Source: an uncultured Chloroflexia bacterium | GTDB lineage: Bacteria; Chloroflexota; Limnocylindria; QHBO01 | Reading direction: 5' to 3' | DNA length: 64,000 nucleotides | Assembly (NCBI GenBank): GCA_963844415.1 | Contig: CAWJOA010000006.1 | Location: 202,500-266,499, forward strand | Part shown: piece after piece, positions 8,266 to 18,162 of the stretch | Numbering within the stretch: position 1 is the stretch's first letter | Layout of the letters: every line of letters begins with the position of its first letter | The notes under the pieces: model-generated | What the model was told of the DNA's origin: nothing | The model's input: only the letters and a program-made list of their open reading frames with translations | The model's database searches: none | Translations under genes and position numbers: made by a program

Positions 8266-8751
8266 TCAGCCCAGGGGCCAGATCACCTCGGTCCGCGTCT
8301 CGTCCATGCCGACCTCGCCGGGATCGTCGACGTACGACTCCCACGGGCCGGGACCCTCGTCACGGCCCTGGGCGTGGATCCAGTCGTGGAGGCCGTCGTA
8401 GGTCTTCGACAGGCCGTCGTACGAGCCGCGATGGATCGTGATCGCCGCCTGGCCGCCGGGCAGCTCCGACGCGCCAAGCTCGCCCGGCTCGGCCTCGGTC
8501 AGCGGGCGCAGGGTCGAGGCCGGCGCGCTGACCGGGATGCCGATCTCGACGTCGACCTGGTCCGGCCCGAACTGGTGGTAGCGGCCGAACGGTGGGCCGG
8601 CCGGCTCGACGCCGAGGTCGGCGAGGCGGTGCGCGATGTTCGGCAGGTGCTCGTCGAAGAGCGCGGCGAGGTCCATCGACTCCATCGGCTGGGTGACGCG
8701 CACGGCGGCGGTCGGCTGCGGGGTGAGCTCGCGGATCTCGGCCTCGATCAT
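8266..8751 (-). CDS. GyrI-like small-molecule-binding protein
   Basis: GPPF.RY, VEIGIPV, LPGG.AA...H.GSYD.L...Y, PWESY..DP and RTEVIWP motifs. Confidence 0.85.
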   Translation of the reverse strand: MIEAEIRELTPQPTAAVRVTQPMESMDLAALFDEHLPNIAHRLADLGVEPAGPPFGRYHQFGPDQVDVEIGIPVSAPASTLRPLTEAEPGELGASELPGGQAAITIHRGSYDGLSKTYDGLHDWIHAQGRDEGPGPWESYVDDPGEVGMDETRTEVIWPLG

Positions 8752-8801
8752 CGGTGCTGACCTCATACACTTGGTTGCCACATCATCATCGCCGATAGGG
8801 A

Positions 8802-10517
8802 GTGGCATTGACCGAGCGCGACGAGCCATCGCCACCCGAGCGAGGACGGACGGTCCACGGCGAGGCGGCCAACGCCGGCCACCGCGTCCTCGCTCCAGAC
8901 GACGCCGAGGTCGAGGCCTATCTCGAGCAGGCGCTCCATGCGCCGCCACCGCTGCGCGTCGAGGCCGAGGCGCCCGAGCAGCCCGAGACGGTCGCGGTCC
9001 TCGACTTCGGCAGCCAGTTCGCCCAGCTCATCGCGCGGCGCGTGCGCGAGCTGAACGTCTACTCCGAGCTGCTGCCGCACGACACGCCGATCGCCGAGCT
9101 GGAGCGCCGCGGCGTGAAGGCCGTGATCCTGTCGGGCGGGCCGTCATCGGTCTATGACGACGATGCGCCGAAGGCCGATCCGTCCGTGTGGTCCGGCCGC
9201 ATCCCGGTCCTCGGCATCTGCTACGGCCTCCAGCTCATGGCCCACGAGCTCGGCGGCGAGGTCGTGCCGTCGGCCAGGCGCGAGTACGGACCGGCCACCG
9301 TCAGCCTGACCGATGCGGACGGGCTGTTCGCCGGCATCGACCGCGAGCAGCCGGTGTGGATGAGCCACGGCGACTCGATCCTGCGTCCGCCCGAGGGCTT
9401 CCGCGCCACCGCCCAGACCGATGCGTCCCCGTACGCCGGCCTCGCCGATCCGAGCCGGAACCTCTACGGCATCCAGTTCCACCCCGAGGTCGTCCACACG
9501 CCGGTCGGGCGCGAGGTGCTGCGCAACTTCGTCGTCGGCATCGCCGGCATGCGCCAGAGCTGGACCCCGGCGAACCTCGTCGAGACCACGGTCGCCGAGA
9601 TCCGCGAGCGGGTCGGCGAGGGGCACGTCATCTGCGCCCTCTCGGGCGGCGTCGACTCCGCGGTGGCGGCGACGCTCGTGCATCGGGCCATCGGCGACCA
9701 GCTGACCTGCATCTACGTGGACCACGGCCTGATGCGCAAGCGCGAGTCGGAGCTGCTGCGGGTCACCTTCGAGCGGGACCTCGGCATGAAGCTCGTGATG
9801 GTCGATGCTCGGGATCGGTTCCTGGCGCGGCTGGCGGGCGTCGAGGACCCGGAGGAGAAGCGGCGGATCATCGGCGACGAGTTCATCCGGGTCTTCGAGG
9901 AGGAGGCCACGAAGCTCGGGCAGATCGACTTCCTGACCCAGGGCACGCTGTACCCCGACGTCATCGAGTCGACGACCGCCGAGACGAAGACCGCGCAGAA
10001 GATCAAGACCCACCACAACGTCGGCGGCCTGCCGCCGGACATGCGCTTCCGCCTGATCGAGCCGCTGCGGTTTCTCTTCAAGGACGAGGTGCGCACGGTC
10101 GGCAACGAGCTCGGCCTGCCGGAGGCGATGGTCCAGCGCCAGCCGTTCCCGGGGCCGGGGCTCGCGATCCGGATCATCGGCGAGGTGACGGCCGAGCGGC
10201 TCGACACGCTGCGCGAGGCCGATTGGATCGTCATCGACGAGATCAAGGCCGCGGGGCTGTATCGGTCCCTGTGGCAGTCGTTCGCGATCCTCACGCCGGT
10301 GCGCAGCGTTGGCGTGATGGGCGACGGGCGGACGTACGCCAACGTCGTGGCGGTGCGCGCGGTGACCTCCGACGACGGGATGACCGCCGACTGGGCGCGG
10401 CTGCCGTACGAGGTGCTCGCGAAGATCTCCTCGCGGATCGTCAACGAGGTGCCCGGCGTCAACCGCGTGGTCTACGACGTCAGCTCGAAACCACCCGCCA
10501 CGATCGAGTGGGAGTGA
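8802..10517 (+). CDS. guaA: GMP synthase (glutamine-hydrolysing)
   Basis: [45 protein letters not shown] and KPPATIEWE. Start uncertain (about 60-aa N-terminal extension). Confidence 0.97.
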   Translation: MALTERDEPSPPERGRTVHGEAANAGHRVLAPDDAEVEAYLEQALHAPPPLRVEAEAPEQPETVAVLDFGSQFAQLIARRVRELNVYSELLPHDTPIAELERRGVKAVILSGGPSSVYDDDAPKADPSVWSGRIPVLGICYGLQLMAHELGGEVVPSARREYGPATVSLTDADGLFAGIDREQPVWMSHGDSILRPPEGFRATAQTDASPYAGLADPSRNLYGIQFHPEVVHTPVGREVLRNFVVGIAGMRQSWTPANLVETTVAEIRERVGEGHVICALSGGVDSAVAATLVHRAIGDQLTCIYVDHGLMRKRESELLRVTFERDLGMKLVMVDARDRFLARLAGVEDPEEKRRIIGDEFIRVFEEEATKLGQIDFLTQGTLYPDVIESTTAETKTAQKIKTHHNVGGLPPDMRFRLIEPLRFLFKDEVRTVGNELGLPEAMVQRQPFPGPGLAIRIIGEVTAERLDTLREADWIVIDEIKAAGLYRSLWQSFAILTPVRSVGVMGDGRTYANVVAVRAVTSDDGMTADWARLPYEVLAKISSRIVNEVPGVNRVVYDVSSKPPATIEWE

Positions 10518-10537
10518 GTCGGCGCGCCGCGCTGACC

Positions 10538-11917
10538 TCAGGACGGCCCGTCAGTCGAGCGACCACCCTCATCGGCCTCGGTTGAGCGGCGGTCCGGGCG
10601 AGATCGCGTGACCGCGCGGATGCCGGTGTGCACGACGTCGGACACCGGCTGAATGATGACCGGCTCGATGATCTCGTCGCGCACCCGACGGACGGTCTGG
10701 ACCACGATGTCGCCGAACGCGATCGACGCGCCCAGCGCCAGCCCCGTGGCCACGGCCGTCACGAGCAGCAGGATGCCCGAGATCGCGTCCGACGAGAGCA
10801 TGCCCTCCACGATCAGGAGACCGGGGAGCAGCGGAAGCGATGCCGGCACGACCCAGAGCACGACCGGCGCATCGCGGCGCCGGGCCAGCAGCCGGCCGCC
10901 TGCGCCCACGGCAAGTCCGGCGAGCCCGGTGGCGAACAGTCCGCCGACGCCGAGCGGGAAGACGAACAGGTAGACCGCCCACCCGACGGCGCCGAGCGCG
11001 CTCGCCGTCAGGAGCGCGAATCGCGGCTCTCCCAGCCGGACCGCCCACGCTCCGCAGGCGATCGCCGCGGCGGCCACCTGGATGGCCTCCTGGCGCGCGT
11101 CGCCGACAGGGATGCCGACCTCCAGCAGGACACCGAACTGGTTCGCCACACCGATGCCGATGGCGGTTCCGGCGGCGACCGCCGCACCGAGCAGCAGCGC
11201 GTTCGCCAGCCGCGCCGATCCGCTGATCGTCGACTGGTCGATGAGGTCGCGCATCCCGGCCACGAGCGCCGCGCCGGGCAGGAAGCGGAGGAGGCAGCCG
11301 GTGAGGACGAGCGCCGGGTTGATCGGTGCGTCGATCGCAACCGTCAGCGCCACGAGCAGCGACGAGACGAGCGGACCGATCAGGCTCCGGAAGAACGGCG
11401 GGAGGCCCGATCCGTCGAGCCGGACGACGATCGGCTGGACGAGGAGGCTGATGACGAGCGTCGCGAGCGCGTCGAGGGCGGATCCGCCGAAGAGCACGGT
11501 CGACGCGCTCGCCGATGCCGCCTGGGCCAGGCTGGTGAACGGCTCCGGCCAGGCCGTGTCGAGCGACGCGATCCGCTCGACCTCGGCCTCGGCTCCGTCC
11601 AGGTCGAGCGTGCCCGTCCGCAGCTCGCTCACGAGGCCGGCCGCGGCCGTCAGCCGTCGGTAGTCGCTGATCTGCTCGGGCGCCAGGAGCATCGCCGTGA
11701 CCGGCTGCGCTGCCGGCCCCGGGAAGTAGGAGAGGGTGAGCGTGCCGAACGACACCCCCGCCGTCGTCCGCGGCAGCCCGAGGCTGGCTGCCGCCGATCG
11801 CATCGCGCGCTCGACGTCGTCCGTCGGCGATCCGGCGCCGAGCATGATCGCTCCGAGCTTCAGGACCACCTGGACGGCGCGGACGCCGTCGCCCGCATCG
11901 GTCGCCATCACCTGCAT
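10538..11917 (-). CDS. ThrE-family threonine/serine exporter (fused two-domain)
   Basis: G..ML.AG....DVE, F.PG..L..GMRDLI...ISG.AR and PLLPG motifs; about 10 hydrophobic segments. Confidence 0.85.
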   Translation of the reverse strand: MQVMATDAGDGVRAVQVVLKLGAIMLGAGSPTDDVERAMRSAAASLGLPRTTAGVSFGTLTLSYFPGPAAQPVTAMLLAPEQISDYRRLTAAAGLVSELRTGTLDLDGAEAEVERIASLDTAWPEPFTSLAQAASASASTVLFGGSALDALATLVISLLVQPIVVRLDGSGLPPFFRSLIGPLVSSLLVALTVAIDAPINPALVLTGCLLRFLPGAALVAGMRDLIDQSTISGSARLANALLLGAAVAAGTAIGIGVANQFGVLLEVGIPVGDARQEAIQVAAAAIACGAWAVRLGEPRFALLTASALGAVGWAVYLFVFPLGVGGLFATGLAGLAVGAGGRLLARRRDAPVVLWVVPASLPLLPGLLIVEGMLSSDAISGILLLVTAVATGLALGASIAFGDIVVQTVRRVRDEIIEPVIIQPVSDVVHTGIRAVTRSRPDRRSTEADEGGRSTDGPS

Positions 11918-11970
11918 AGGTTGCCAGCACCGGGACCGGATGGTTCGGCCATCCCGACTAGCATGAGTCG

Positions 11971-12864
11971 GTGCGGATCGTCTCGCTCCTGCCGTCGGCA
12001 ACGGAGATCGTGTACGCCCTCGGCCTCGACGACCAGCTCCTCGGCGTGACCGATGAGTGCGACTCGCCGCCCGCAGCCCGCGACAAGCGCGTCGTCGTCC
12101 GTTCGCGGCAGCCGGCCGGGATGACGCCGGGCGACATCGACGCGTGGGTGCGCGCCGAGGCTCCGAACGGTGGGCTGTATCGCCTCGACGACGCGGCGAT
12201 CGCCGAGATCTCGCCCGAGCTGCTGCTGACCCAGGACCTGTGCCGGGTCTGCGCCGTCCCGACCGGCGACGTCGACGCGGCGCTGGCCCGGATCGGCTGC
12301 GCGGCGGACGTCGTCACGCTCGAGCCGCAACGCCTCGACGACGTGATCGCGTCGGTCGGCGACGTGGCCGATGCGGCCGGTGAGTCCGAGCGGGGCCGCG
12401 AGCTCGCCGCCGCGCTGCACGGCCGGCTCGATGCCGTGAGGGAGGCGATCGGCGACCGCGCAGCGGTGCCGACGCTCGTGCTCGAGTGGCTCGACCCGCC
12501 ATATACCGCCGGCCACTGGGTCCCCGACGTCATCGCCGCCGCCGGCGGTGAGCCGCTGCTCGGCGACCCGGGTGGCCGCTCGCGCGCCGCGACCTGGGAC
12601 GAGGTGCTGCGCACCGATCCCGAGGTGGTCGTCCTGGCGCCGTGCGGCATGCCGTCGGCCGACGCGGTCGCGCAGGCCGACGACCTCGTGCCGGCCGGGC
12701 TGCTCGCCCGCCGGGTCGTTGCCGTCGACCTCGCCCGACCCGGGCCGAGGCTCGTCGACTGCGTCGAGGCGCTCGCCGCCGTCCTCCATCCCGACGCGGG
12801 CCTGCCCAAGCGACCCGACGTCCTCCTCCGGCACGGACCCTCCGAACGCGTCGGAGGCTGGTAG
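11971..12864 (+). CDS. Cobalamin-binding/BtuF-like protein without signal peptide
   Basis: MRIVSLLPSATEI, ECD.P, TQDLC.VCAV, LEWLDP..AGHWVP and RPGPRL motifs. Confidence 0.85.
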   Translation: MRIVSLLPSATEIVYALGLDDQLLGVTDECDSPPAARDKRVVVRSRQPAGMTPGDIDAWVRAEAPNGGLYRLDDAAIAEISPELLLTQDLCRVCAVPTGDVDAALARIGCAADVVTLEPQRLDDVIASVGDVADAAGESERGRELAAALHGRLDAVREAIGDRAAVPTLVLEWLDPPYTAGHWVPDVIAAAGGEPLLGDPGGRSRAATWDEVLRTDPEVVVLAPCGMPSADAVAQADDLVPAGLLARRVVAVDLARPGPRLVDCVEALAAVLHPDAGLPKRPDVLLRHGPSERVGGW

Positions 12865-12881
12865 GCGCTAGCATCCGGGAC

Positions 12882-13433
12882 GTGCACAGAGCCTTGCGAA
12901 CGATCGCGGTCGGCGCGACGCTGGTGGCCGCGATGGCTGCGTGCGACGTCGCCGTGGTCGAAACGCCCGACCCGGCGGCGGTCCTGAGTGGCGAACCAGT
13001 CGCCATCGGAGCCGAGGCGACGGGGCCGGTGACCGAGCTCGGCAGCGGCGAGGCGTTCGACCTCGGTTGGCGATACGTGATCTACGAGTCCGCCGAGGGG
13101 TGGTGCACGGAGCTCCAGATGGTGGAGGTCAACACGACTGGCTGTGGCGCCGACCTGCTTCCTCCCGAGGGTGAGCACATCGGCGCAGCGGGTGCCCACG
13201 AACGGCTGGAGAACGGCGTGACGCCGGTGGACGGCATCGTCAGCAGCGAGATCGTGACGGTCTGGCTCATCGACGAAGCGCTGGGGCGGGTCCCGGCAAC
13301 GCTGATGCCACTCGACGACGCCGGCCTCACCGGACAGGCATTCGTCGGCTTCGTCCCGGCCGATGGCACCCCAACGCACATCCAGGCCGTGGCGATCAGC
13401 GGCGAGATCCTCGAAACGCACGAGCTGCCCTGA
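12882..13433 (+). CDS. Hypothetical lipoprotein
   Basis: Signal peptide with lipobox-like AMAAC; stop overlaps the next ATG (TGATG). Confidence 0.65.
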   Translation: MHRALRTIAVGATLVAAMAACDVAVVETPDPAAVLSGEPVAIGAEATGPVTELGSGEAFDLGWRYVIYESAEGWCTELQMVEVNTTGCGADLLPPEGEHIGAAGAHERLENGVTPVDGIVSSEIVTVWLIDEALGRVPATLMPLDDAGLTGQAFVGFVPADGTPTHIQAVAISGEILETHELP

Positions 13434-16400
13434 TGTCGAGCTGGTTCGACAAGCTGCTCGAGGAGCTCCAGCGCCGCCAGGCCGAGGAGGATGCCCGGCG
13501 CGAGGGGCGTCCGCTGGAGCGCAACGTCACGCCCATCGACGAGGGGCGCCGCGCCTCGCGGAGCCGAGGCGGGAACGGCAAGGATGACGGCAACGGTCAC
13601 GGCGGCGGCCCGCCGGTCGCACGGCCGATCTTCGGCAGCGACGTCCCGTGGCGCCGCTGGGTCCTGATCGCGGGCGGCTTCGTCCTGCTGGTCGTCGTGC
13701 TCGGCATCCTGGGCGGGGCGGTCACGCTGATCACCGACATCATGTGGTACGAGGCGCTCGAGCGGCGCGACGTCCTCCAGACCCGGCTGTGGGCGCAGAT
13801 CGCACTGTTCGCGATCGGCTTCGCCGCGATGCTCGTGCCGGTGCTCGTCAGCGTGTGGCTGGCGCGCCGCATCGCCCCACAGGCGCCGGTGCGCCGGCTG
13901 GGCGGGATGGAGATCCCGGACCTCTCGCGGCTCGTCGGCCTGGCGCTGGTGGCGGTCGCGGTGCTGTTGGCGCTCGGCAGCGGGGCCGCCTGGAGCGGGG
14001 CGTGGGAGACGATCCTCCTCTTCCAGAACAGCGAGGAATGGGGCACCGTCGACCCGACCCTGGGTCGCGACATCGGCTTCTACGTCTTCGACCTGCCGTT
14101 CTGGCGCTTCCTGCTCGGCTGGGCCTCGACGACGCTGATCATCGTCGGCCTCCTGACCCTGGGTGCGTATGCCGCCCGGGCGCTGCACTGGCAGTTCCAC
14201 CTCTCGGCGCCGGTGCGGGCGCACCTGTCGGTCATCGGTGCGTTGCTGCTCGTCGTCATCGCGGCGGGCTACCAGCTCGACATCGCCGAGCTCGCGTACG
14301 CGACCAACGGGTGGAACGGGAACGTCCAGGCCGCGCTGTACACCGACATGAACGCGCGCGTGCCGGCCTTCGTCATCCTCACCGTCGTCGCTCTCGTCGC
14401 CGCCGGCCTGCTGGTGCTCAACACCTGGTTCCGCACGCTGTGGCTGCTGGGCCTGGCCGGCGGCGCGTGGCTCGTGCTGTCGATCGTCGTCGGTGGCCTC
14501 TACCCGTCGTTCGTGCAGACCGTGCAGGTCAACCCGAACGAGCTGAACGTCGAGCGGCCGTACCTGCGCAACCACCTGGAGGCGACCCGGGCTGCGTTCG
14601 ACCTCGACGCCATCGACGTCCGGCGCTTCACCGGCGAGCAGGAGCTGACGCGTGACCTGTTCGACTCGGAGGAGGCCACCGTGAGCAACCTGCGGCTGTG
14701 GGACTACCGCCCGCTGCTGACGACGTTCGACCAGCAGCAGATCCTGCGGCGCTACTACACGTTCACCGACGTTGACATCGATCGGTATCGGATCAACGAC
14801 GAGCAACGGCAGTTGATGCTGAGCGCGCGGGAGCTCGACGTCACGCTGTTCGGCGACACCCGGAGCTGGACCAACGAGCGCCTCGTCTACACCCATGGCT
14901 TCGGCATCACCGCCGTGCCGGTCGACGCGGTCACGCCGCAGGGCACCCCCGACTACCTGGTGAGCGGGATCGACACCGAGTCGCAGGTGCCGATCGGCGA
15001 GCCGCGGATCTACTTCGGCGAGGTCACCGACACCTACATCGTCACCGGCACCACGACGGCCGAATTCGACCACCCGCTCGACACCGACGTGTCCGGGGAG
15101 GCGGGGACTACGACCGTGTGGAGCGGAGACAGCGGTGTCGGGATCGACAACCTGCTGGTGCGCGCCCTGTTCGCGCTGCGCTTCGGCGACTTCAACCTGC
15201 TCATCAGCGGACAGCTGACCGACGACTCGCAGATCCTCTTCCGCCGCGAGATCACCGAGCGGGTGAACGAGGTCGCTCCGTTCCTGGCCTATGACGCCGA
15301 TCCCTACCTCGTCTCGGCCGACGACCGGCTGCTCTGGGTGATGGACGCCTACACCCTCAGCGCCCGATACCCGAACGCACAGCCGCTCCCGGCGCAGAGT
15401 CCCCTCGCGGGAGCCAACTACGTCCGCAACAGCGTCAAGGTCGTGGTCGACGCGTACACGGGCGAGATGCGCTTCTTCCTGGCCGATCCCGACGAGCCGA
15501 TCGCCGCCGCCTACGCCCGAATCTTCCCGAGCCTCTTCGAGCCGCTCTCCGCGATGCCCGATGGCCTCGAAGCGCACCTGCGCTATCCCGAGGACCTGTT
15601 CACCGCGCAGAACGAGATGTTCCGCTTCTACCACCTGCAGGCGACCGAGGCCGGCGCCACGACCTTCTACAACGAGGACGACCGCTGGGCGATCCCCGAG
15701 GACGTGGTGAAGGGCAACGGCGAGCCGATGGAGCCGTATTACGTTTCGATGCGCATCCCCGGCGAGGACGAGGCGGAGTTCGCGCTGATCCAGCCCGTCG
15801 TGCCCGAGGGACGCCCGAACATGATCGCGTGGGTCGCGGCCCGCATGGACCCCGGTCACTACGGTGAGCGGATCGCGTTCCAGTTCCCGACCCAGACCAC
15901 CACGCAGGGGCCGGTCCAGGTCGAGGCGCGCATCAACCAGGACGACACGATCAGTGAGCAGTTCACGCTGTGGACGAACGCCGGATCGCGCGTCGTGCGA
16001 GGCAACCTGCTGGTGCTGCCGATCGGCGACGATGGACTGCTCTACGTGGAGCCGATCTTCCTCCAGGCTGAGGGCGCGCCCTTCCCGGAGTTCGTCCGCG
16101 TGATCATGGCCGACCAGCGCCGCGTTGCCTTTGCCGACACGGTCGAGGAGGGGATCGCGCAGCTGCTCGGGGAGGCGGCGCCCCCGCCGCCGGAGCCCGG
16201 CCCGGAGCCGCCGGAACCCGGAGAGTCTCCAGAGCCCTCCCCGTCGCCGGGCGAGTCACCGGCGCCGTCGCCGTCGCCGGGCGAGCTGCCCGCCGACATC
16301 GAAGGGCTGATCGTCGAGGCGCAGCGTCTCTACGACGAGGCGCAGGTGGCGCTGGCCGCCGGCGACCTGGGAACCTACCAGGAGCGAATCGACGAGCTCG

Positions 16401-16441
16401 AGGAGGTCCTCGACGCCCTGGCGGAGCTGACCAGCCCGTAG
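13433..16441 (+). CDS. UPF0182-family membrane protein
   Basis: DP..GRDIGFYVFDLPF, NLRLWD.RPL, YTHGFG, PRIYFGE, NYVRNSVKVVVDAY.G, HLRYPEDLF, RGNLLVLP and YVEPIF motifs. Confidence 0.95.
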   Translation: MSSWFDKLLEELQRRQAEEDARREGRPLERNVTPIDEGRRASRSRGGNGKDDGNGHGGGPPVARPIFGSDVPWRRWVLIAGGFVLLVVVLGILGGAVTLITDIMWYEALERRDVLQTRLWAQIALFAIGFAAMLVPVLVSVWLARRIAPQAPVRRLGGMEIPDLSRLVGLALVAVAVLLALGSGAAWSGAWETILLFQNSEEWGTVDPTLGRDIGFYVFDLPFWRFLLGWASTTLIIVGLLTLGAYAARALHWQFHLSAPVRAHLSVIGALLLVVIAAGYQLDIAELAYATNGWNGNVQAALYTDMNARVPAFVILTVVALVAAGLLVLNTWFRTLWLLGLAGGAWLVLSIVVGGLYPSFVQTVQVNPNELNVERPYLRNHLEATRAAFDLDAIDVRRFTGEQELTRDLFDSEEATVSNLRLWDYRPLLTTFDQQQILRRYYTFTDVDIDRYRINDEQRQLMLSARELDVTLFGDTRSWTNERLVYTHGFGITAVPVDAVTPQGTPDYLVSGIDTESQVPIGEPRIYFGEVTDTYIVTGTTTAEFDHPLDTDVSGEAGTTTVWSGDSGVGIDNLLVRALFALRFGDFNLLISGQLTDDSQILFRREITERVNEVAPFLAYDADPYLVSADDRLLWVMDAYTLSARYPNAQPLPAQSPLAGANYVRNSVKVVVDAYTGEMRFFLADPDEPIAAAYARIFPSLFEPLSAMPDGLEAHLRYPEDLFTAQNEMFRFYHLQATEAGATTFYNEDDRWAIPEDVVKGNGEPMEPYYVSMRIPGEDEAEFALIQPVVPEGRPNMIAWVAARMDPGHYGERIAFQFPTQTTTQGPVQVEARINQDDTISEQFTLWTNAGSRVVRGNLLVLPIGDDGLLYVEPIFLQAEGAPFPEFVRVIMADQRRVAFADTVEEGIAQLLGEAAPPPPEPGPEPPEPGESPEPSPSPGESPAPSPSPGELPADIEGLIVEAQRLYDEAQVALAAGDLGTYQERIDELEEVLDALAELTSP
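16180..16285 (+). repeat. Pro/Ser/Glu low-complexity linker in UPF0182
   Basis: PPPPEPGPEPPEPGESPEPSPSPGESPAPSPSPGE; repeated ccgtcgccgggcgag. Confidence 0.7.
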
Positions 16442-16451
16442 ACTCGGGCCG

Positions 16452-17756
16452 ATGGATATCCTCGTGCTCGGATCCGGCGCCCGTGAGCACGCGCTGGCCT
16501 GGAGGCTTGCGCGCGACGGGGGAGTACGCCGCATCCGGATCGCCCCCGGCAATGGCGGGACGGTGGCCGTCGGCGAGCGCGTCGATCTCGACCCGACGGA
16601 CCCGCTGGCGGTCGCGCGGCACGCGGCCGCAGAGCGCTACGACCTCGTCGTCATCGGTCCCGAGGCTCCCCTGGCGGCCGGGGTCGCCGACGAGCTCGCC
16701 TCGGCGCGGACTCCCTGTTTCGGACCGATGCGCGCCGCGGCGCGCCTGGAGTCGAGCAAGGCGTTCGCGAAGCGCCAGATGGAGCGCGCGGGCGTGCCGA
16801 CGGCGACATCGGCAACGTTCACCGATCCCGACGAGGCGCTGTCGCACCTGAGGACTCTCGATCGACCGCCGGTGGTGAAGGCCGACTGGCTGGCCGCCGG
16901 CAAGGGGGTGATCGTGCCCGAGACGCCCGAGGAGGCCGAGGCGGCGGTGCGCAATCTCTTCGGCGGCGTCGCTCCCGGCGCGCGGGTCCTCCTCGAGGAG
17001 CGTCTCGAGGGCATCGAGGTCAGCGCCTTCGCCTTCGTGTCCGACGCGACGGTCGTGCCGCTGGCGGCGGCCCGCGACTACAAGCGGCTCGGCAACGGGG
17101 ACGCCGGTCCAAACACCGGCGGCATGGGCGCCTTCGCCCCCGTGCCGTGGTTCGGCCGCGACGCGATGGAGCGCGCGGCGGCGGAGGTCTTCGAGCCGAT
17201 CGCCTGGCGCCTGGCCCGCGACGGGACGCCGTATCGGGGCGTGCTCTACGCCGGACTGATGCTCACGACCGATGGACCGATGGTCCTCGAGTTCAACGTT
17301 CGATTCGGCGACCCCGAGGCGCAGGTCCTCCTGCCGCTGCTCGACGGGGAGCTGTCCGCCGCGCTGCTGGGCTGCGCGATCGGCGACCGCTCCCTGATGG
17401 AGGGCTCCGTGCGGGTGCTCGACGGCGTCGCCGTCGGCGTGGTCGTCGCCTCGGAGGGCTACCCCGACGCATCGCTCACCGGCCGCGTCCTCGAGGGCGC
17501 GGAGCCGACGTCGGCCGCCGACGATGGCGCGGCGCTGTGCTTCCACGCGGGCACGCGGCGACGGCCGGATGGCACGGTCGAGACGACCGGCGGCCGCGTG
17601 GTCACGCTCGTCGGCCGGGGTGCGACGCTGGCCGACGCCCGCGAGCATGCCTACCGCGCCGTCGACGCGGTAGGCCTCGACGGTGGGCAGTACCGCGGGG
17701 ATATCGGGGAGCTACATGTCGACGATCGGACGGAGCTCGGCCACGAGGCCGGGTGA
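16452..17756 (+). CDS. purD: Phosphoribosylamine-glycine ligase
   Basis: GSGAREHA, GPEAPL, LESSKAFAK, KAD.LAAGKGV, GPNTGGMGA and EFNVRFGDPE motifs. Confidence 0.97.
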   Translation: MDILVLGSGAREHALAWRLARDGGVRRIRIAPGNGGTVAVGERVDLDPTDPLAVARHAAAERYDLVVIGPEAPLAAGVADELASARTPCFGPMRAAARLESSKAFAKRQMERAGVPTATSATFTDPDEALSHLRTLDRPPVVKADWLAAGKGVIVPETPEEAEAAVRNLFGGVAPGARVLLEERLEGIEVSAFAFVSDATVVPLAAARDYKRLGNGDAGPNTGGMGAFAPVPWFGRDAMERAAAEVFEPIAWRLARDGTPYRGVLYAGLMLTTDGPMVLEFNVRFGDPEAQVLLPLLDGELSAALLGCAIGDRSLMEGSVRVLDGVAVGVVVASEGYPDASLTGRVLEGAEPTSAADDGAALCFHAGTRRRPDGTVETTGGRVVTLVGRGATLADAREHAYRAVDAVGLDGGQYRGDIGELHVDDRTELGHEAG

Positions 17757-18059
17757 TCGCGGCACGGGGCGGAGAAGCTCGGTGGCCTCCTCGATCGATG
17801 CGGCCTCCAGGACGTAGAAGCCGCCGAGCGCCTCCTTCGTCTCGAGGAACGGACCATCGGTGACGAGCAGGCGGTCGCCGTCGAAGCGGATCGTGCGGCC
17901 CGCCTCTGGCGGCCCGAGTGCCTCGCCGAGGATCCGCGCGCGGCGCTCGGACAGGTGCCGGCCGAACGCGATGTGCTGGTCGACGACGGCGCGGCGCTCG
18001 TCATCGGTCATGGCCGCCTCGGCAGCGGCGTCGCCGTGGAGCAGGAGAAGGAACTTCAC
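17712..18059 (-). CDS. YciI/DGPF-family protein
   Basis: MKFLLL, TDGPFLETKE.LGGFY and ELRP motifs. Confidence 0.9.
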   Translation of the reverse strand: MKFLLLLHGDAAAEAAMTDDERRAVVDQHIAFGRHLSERRARILGEALGPPEAGRTIRFDGDRLLVTDGPFLETKEALGGFYVLEAASIEEATELLRPVPRSPGLVAELRPIVDM

Positions 18060-18094
18060 GAGTCGGATCTTCCCATGCGGGTTGATGCTCAGAC

Positions 18095-18121
18095 GACGAA
18101 CGGGCGGGCGGCGGATCGACT
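18095..18121 (-). promoter_or_regulatory. ECF42-type sigma factor promoter for the DGPF gene
   Basis: Minus strand AGTCGA-N17-CGTC resembles the ECF42 consensus (TGTCGA / CGWC) known to precede DGPF genes. Confidence 0.55.
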
Positions 18122-18133
18122 GCCGCCCGCCCG
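18101..18133 (-). terminator. 12-bp GC hairpin downstream of the EEP gene
   Basis: CGGGCGGGCGGC ... GCCGCCCGCCCG perfect inverted repeat; only a weak U tract. Confidence 0.45.
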
Positions 18134-18162
18134 CATCTGTCAACCGAAAGGCCGGCTCGTCG

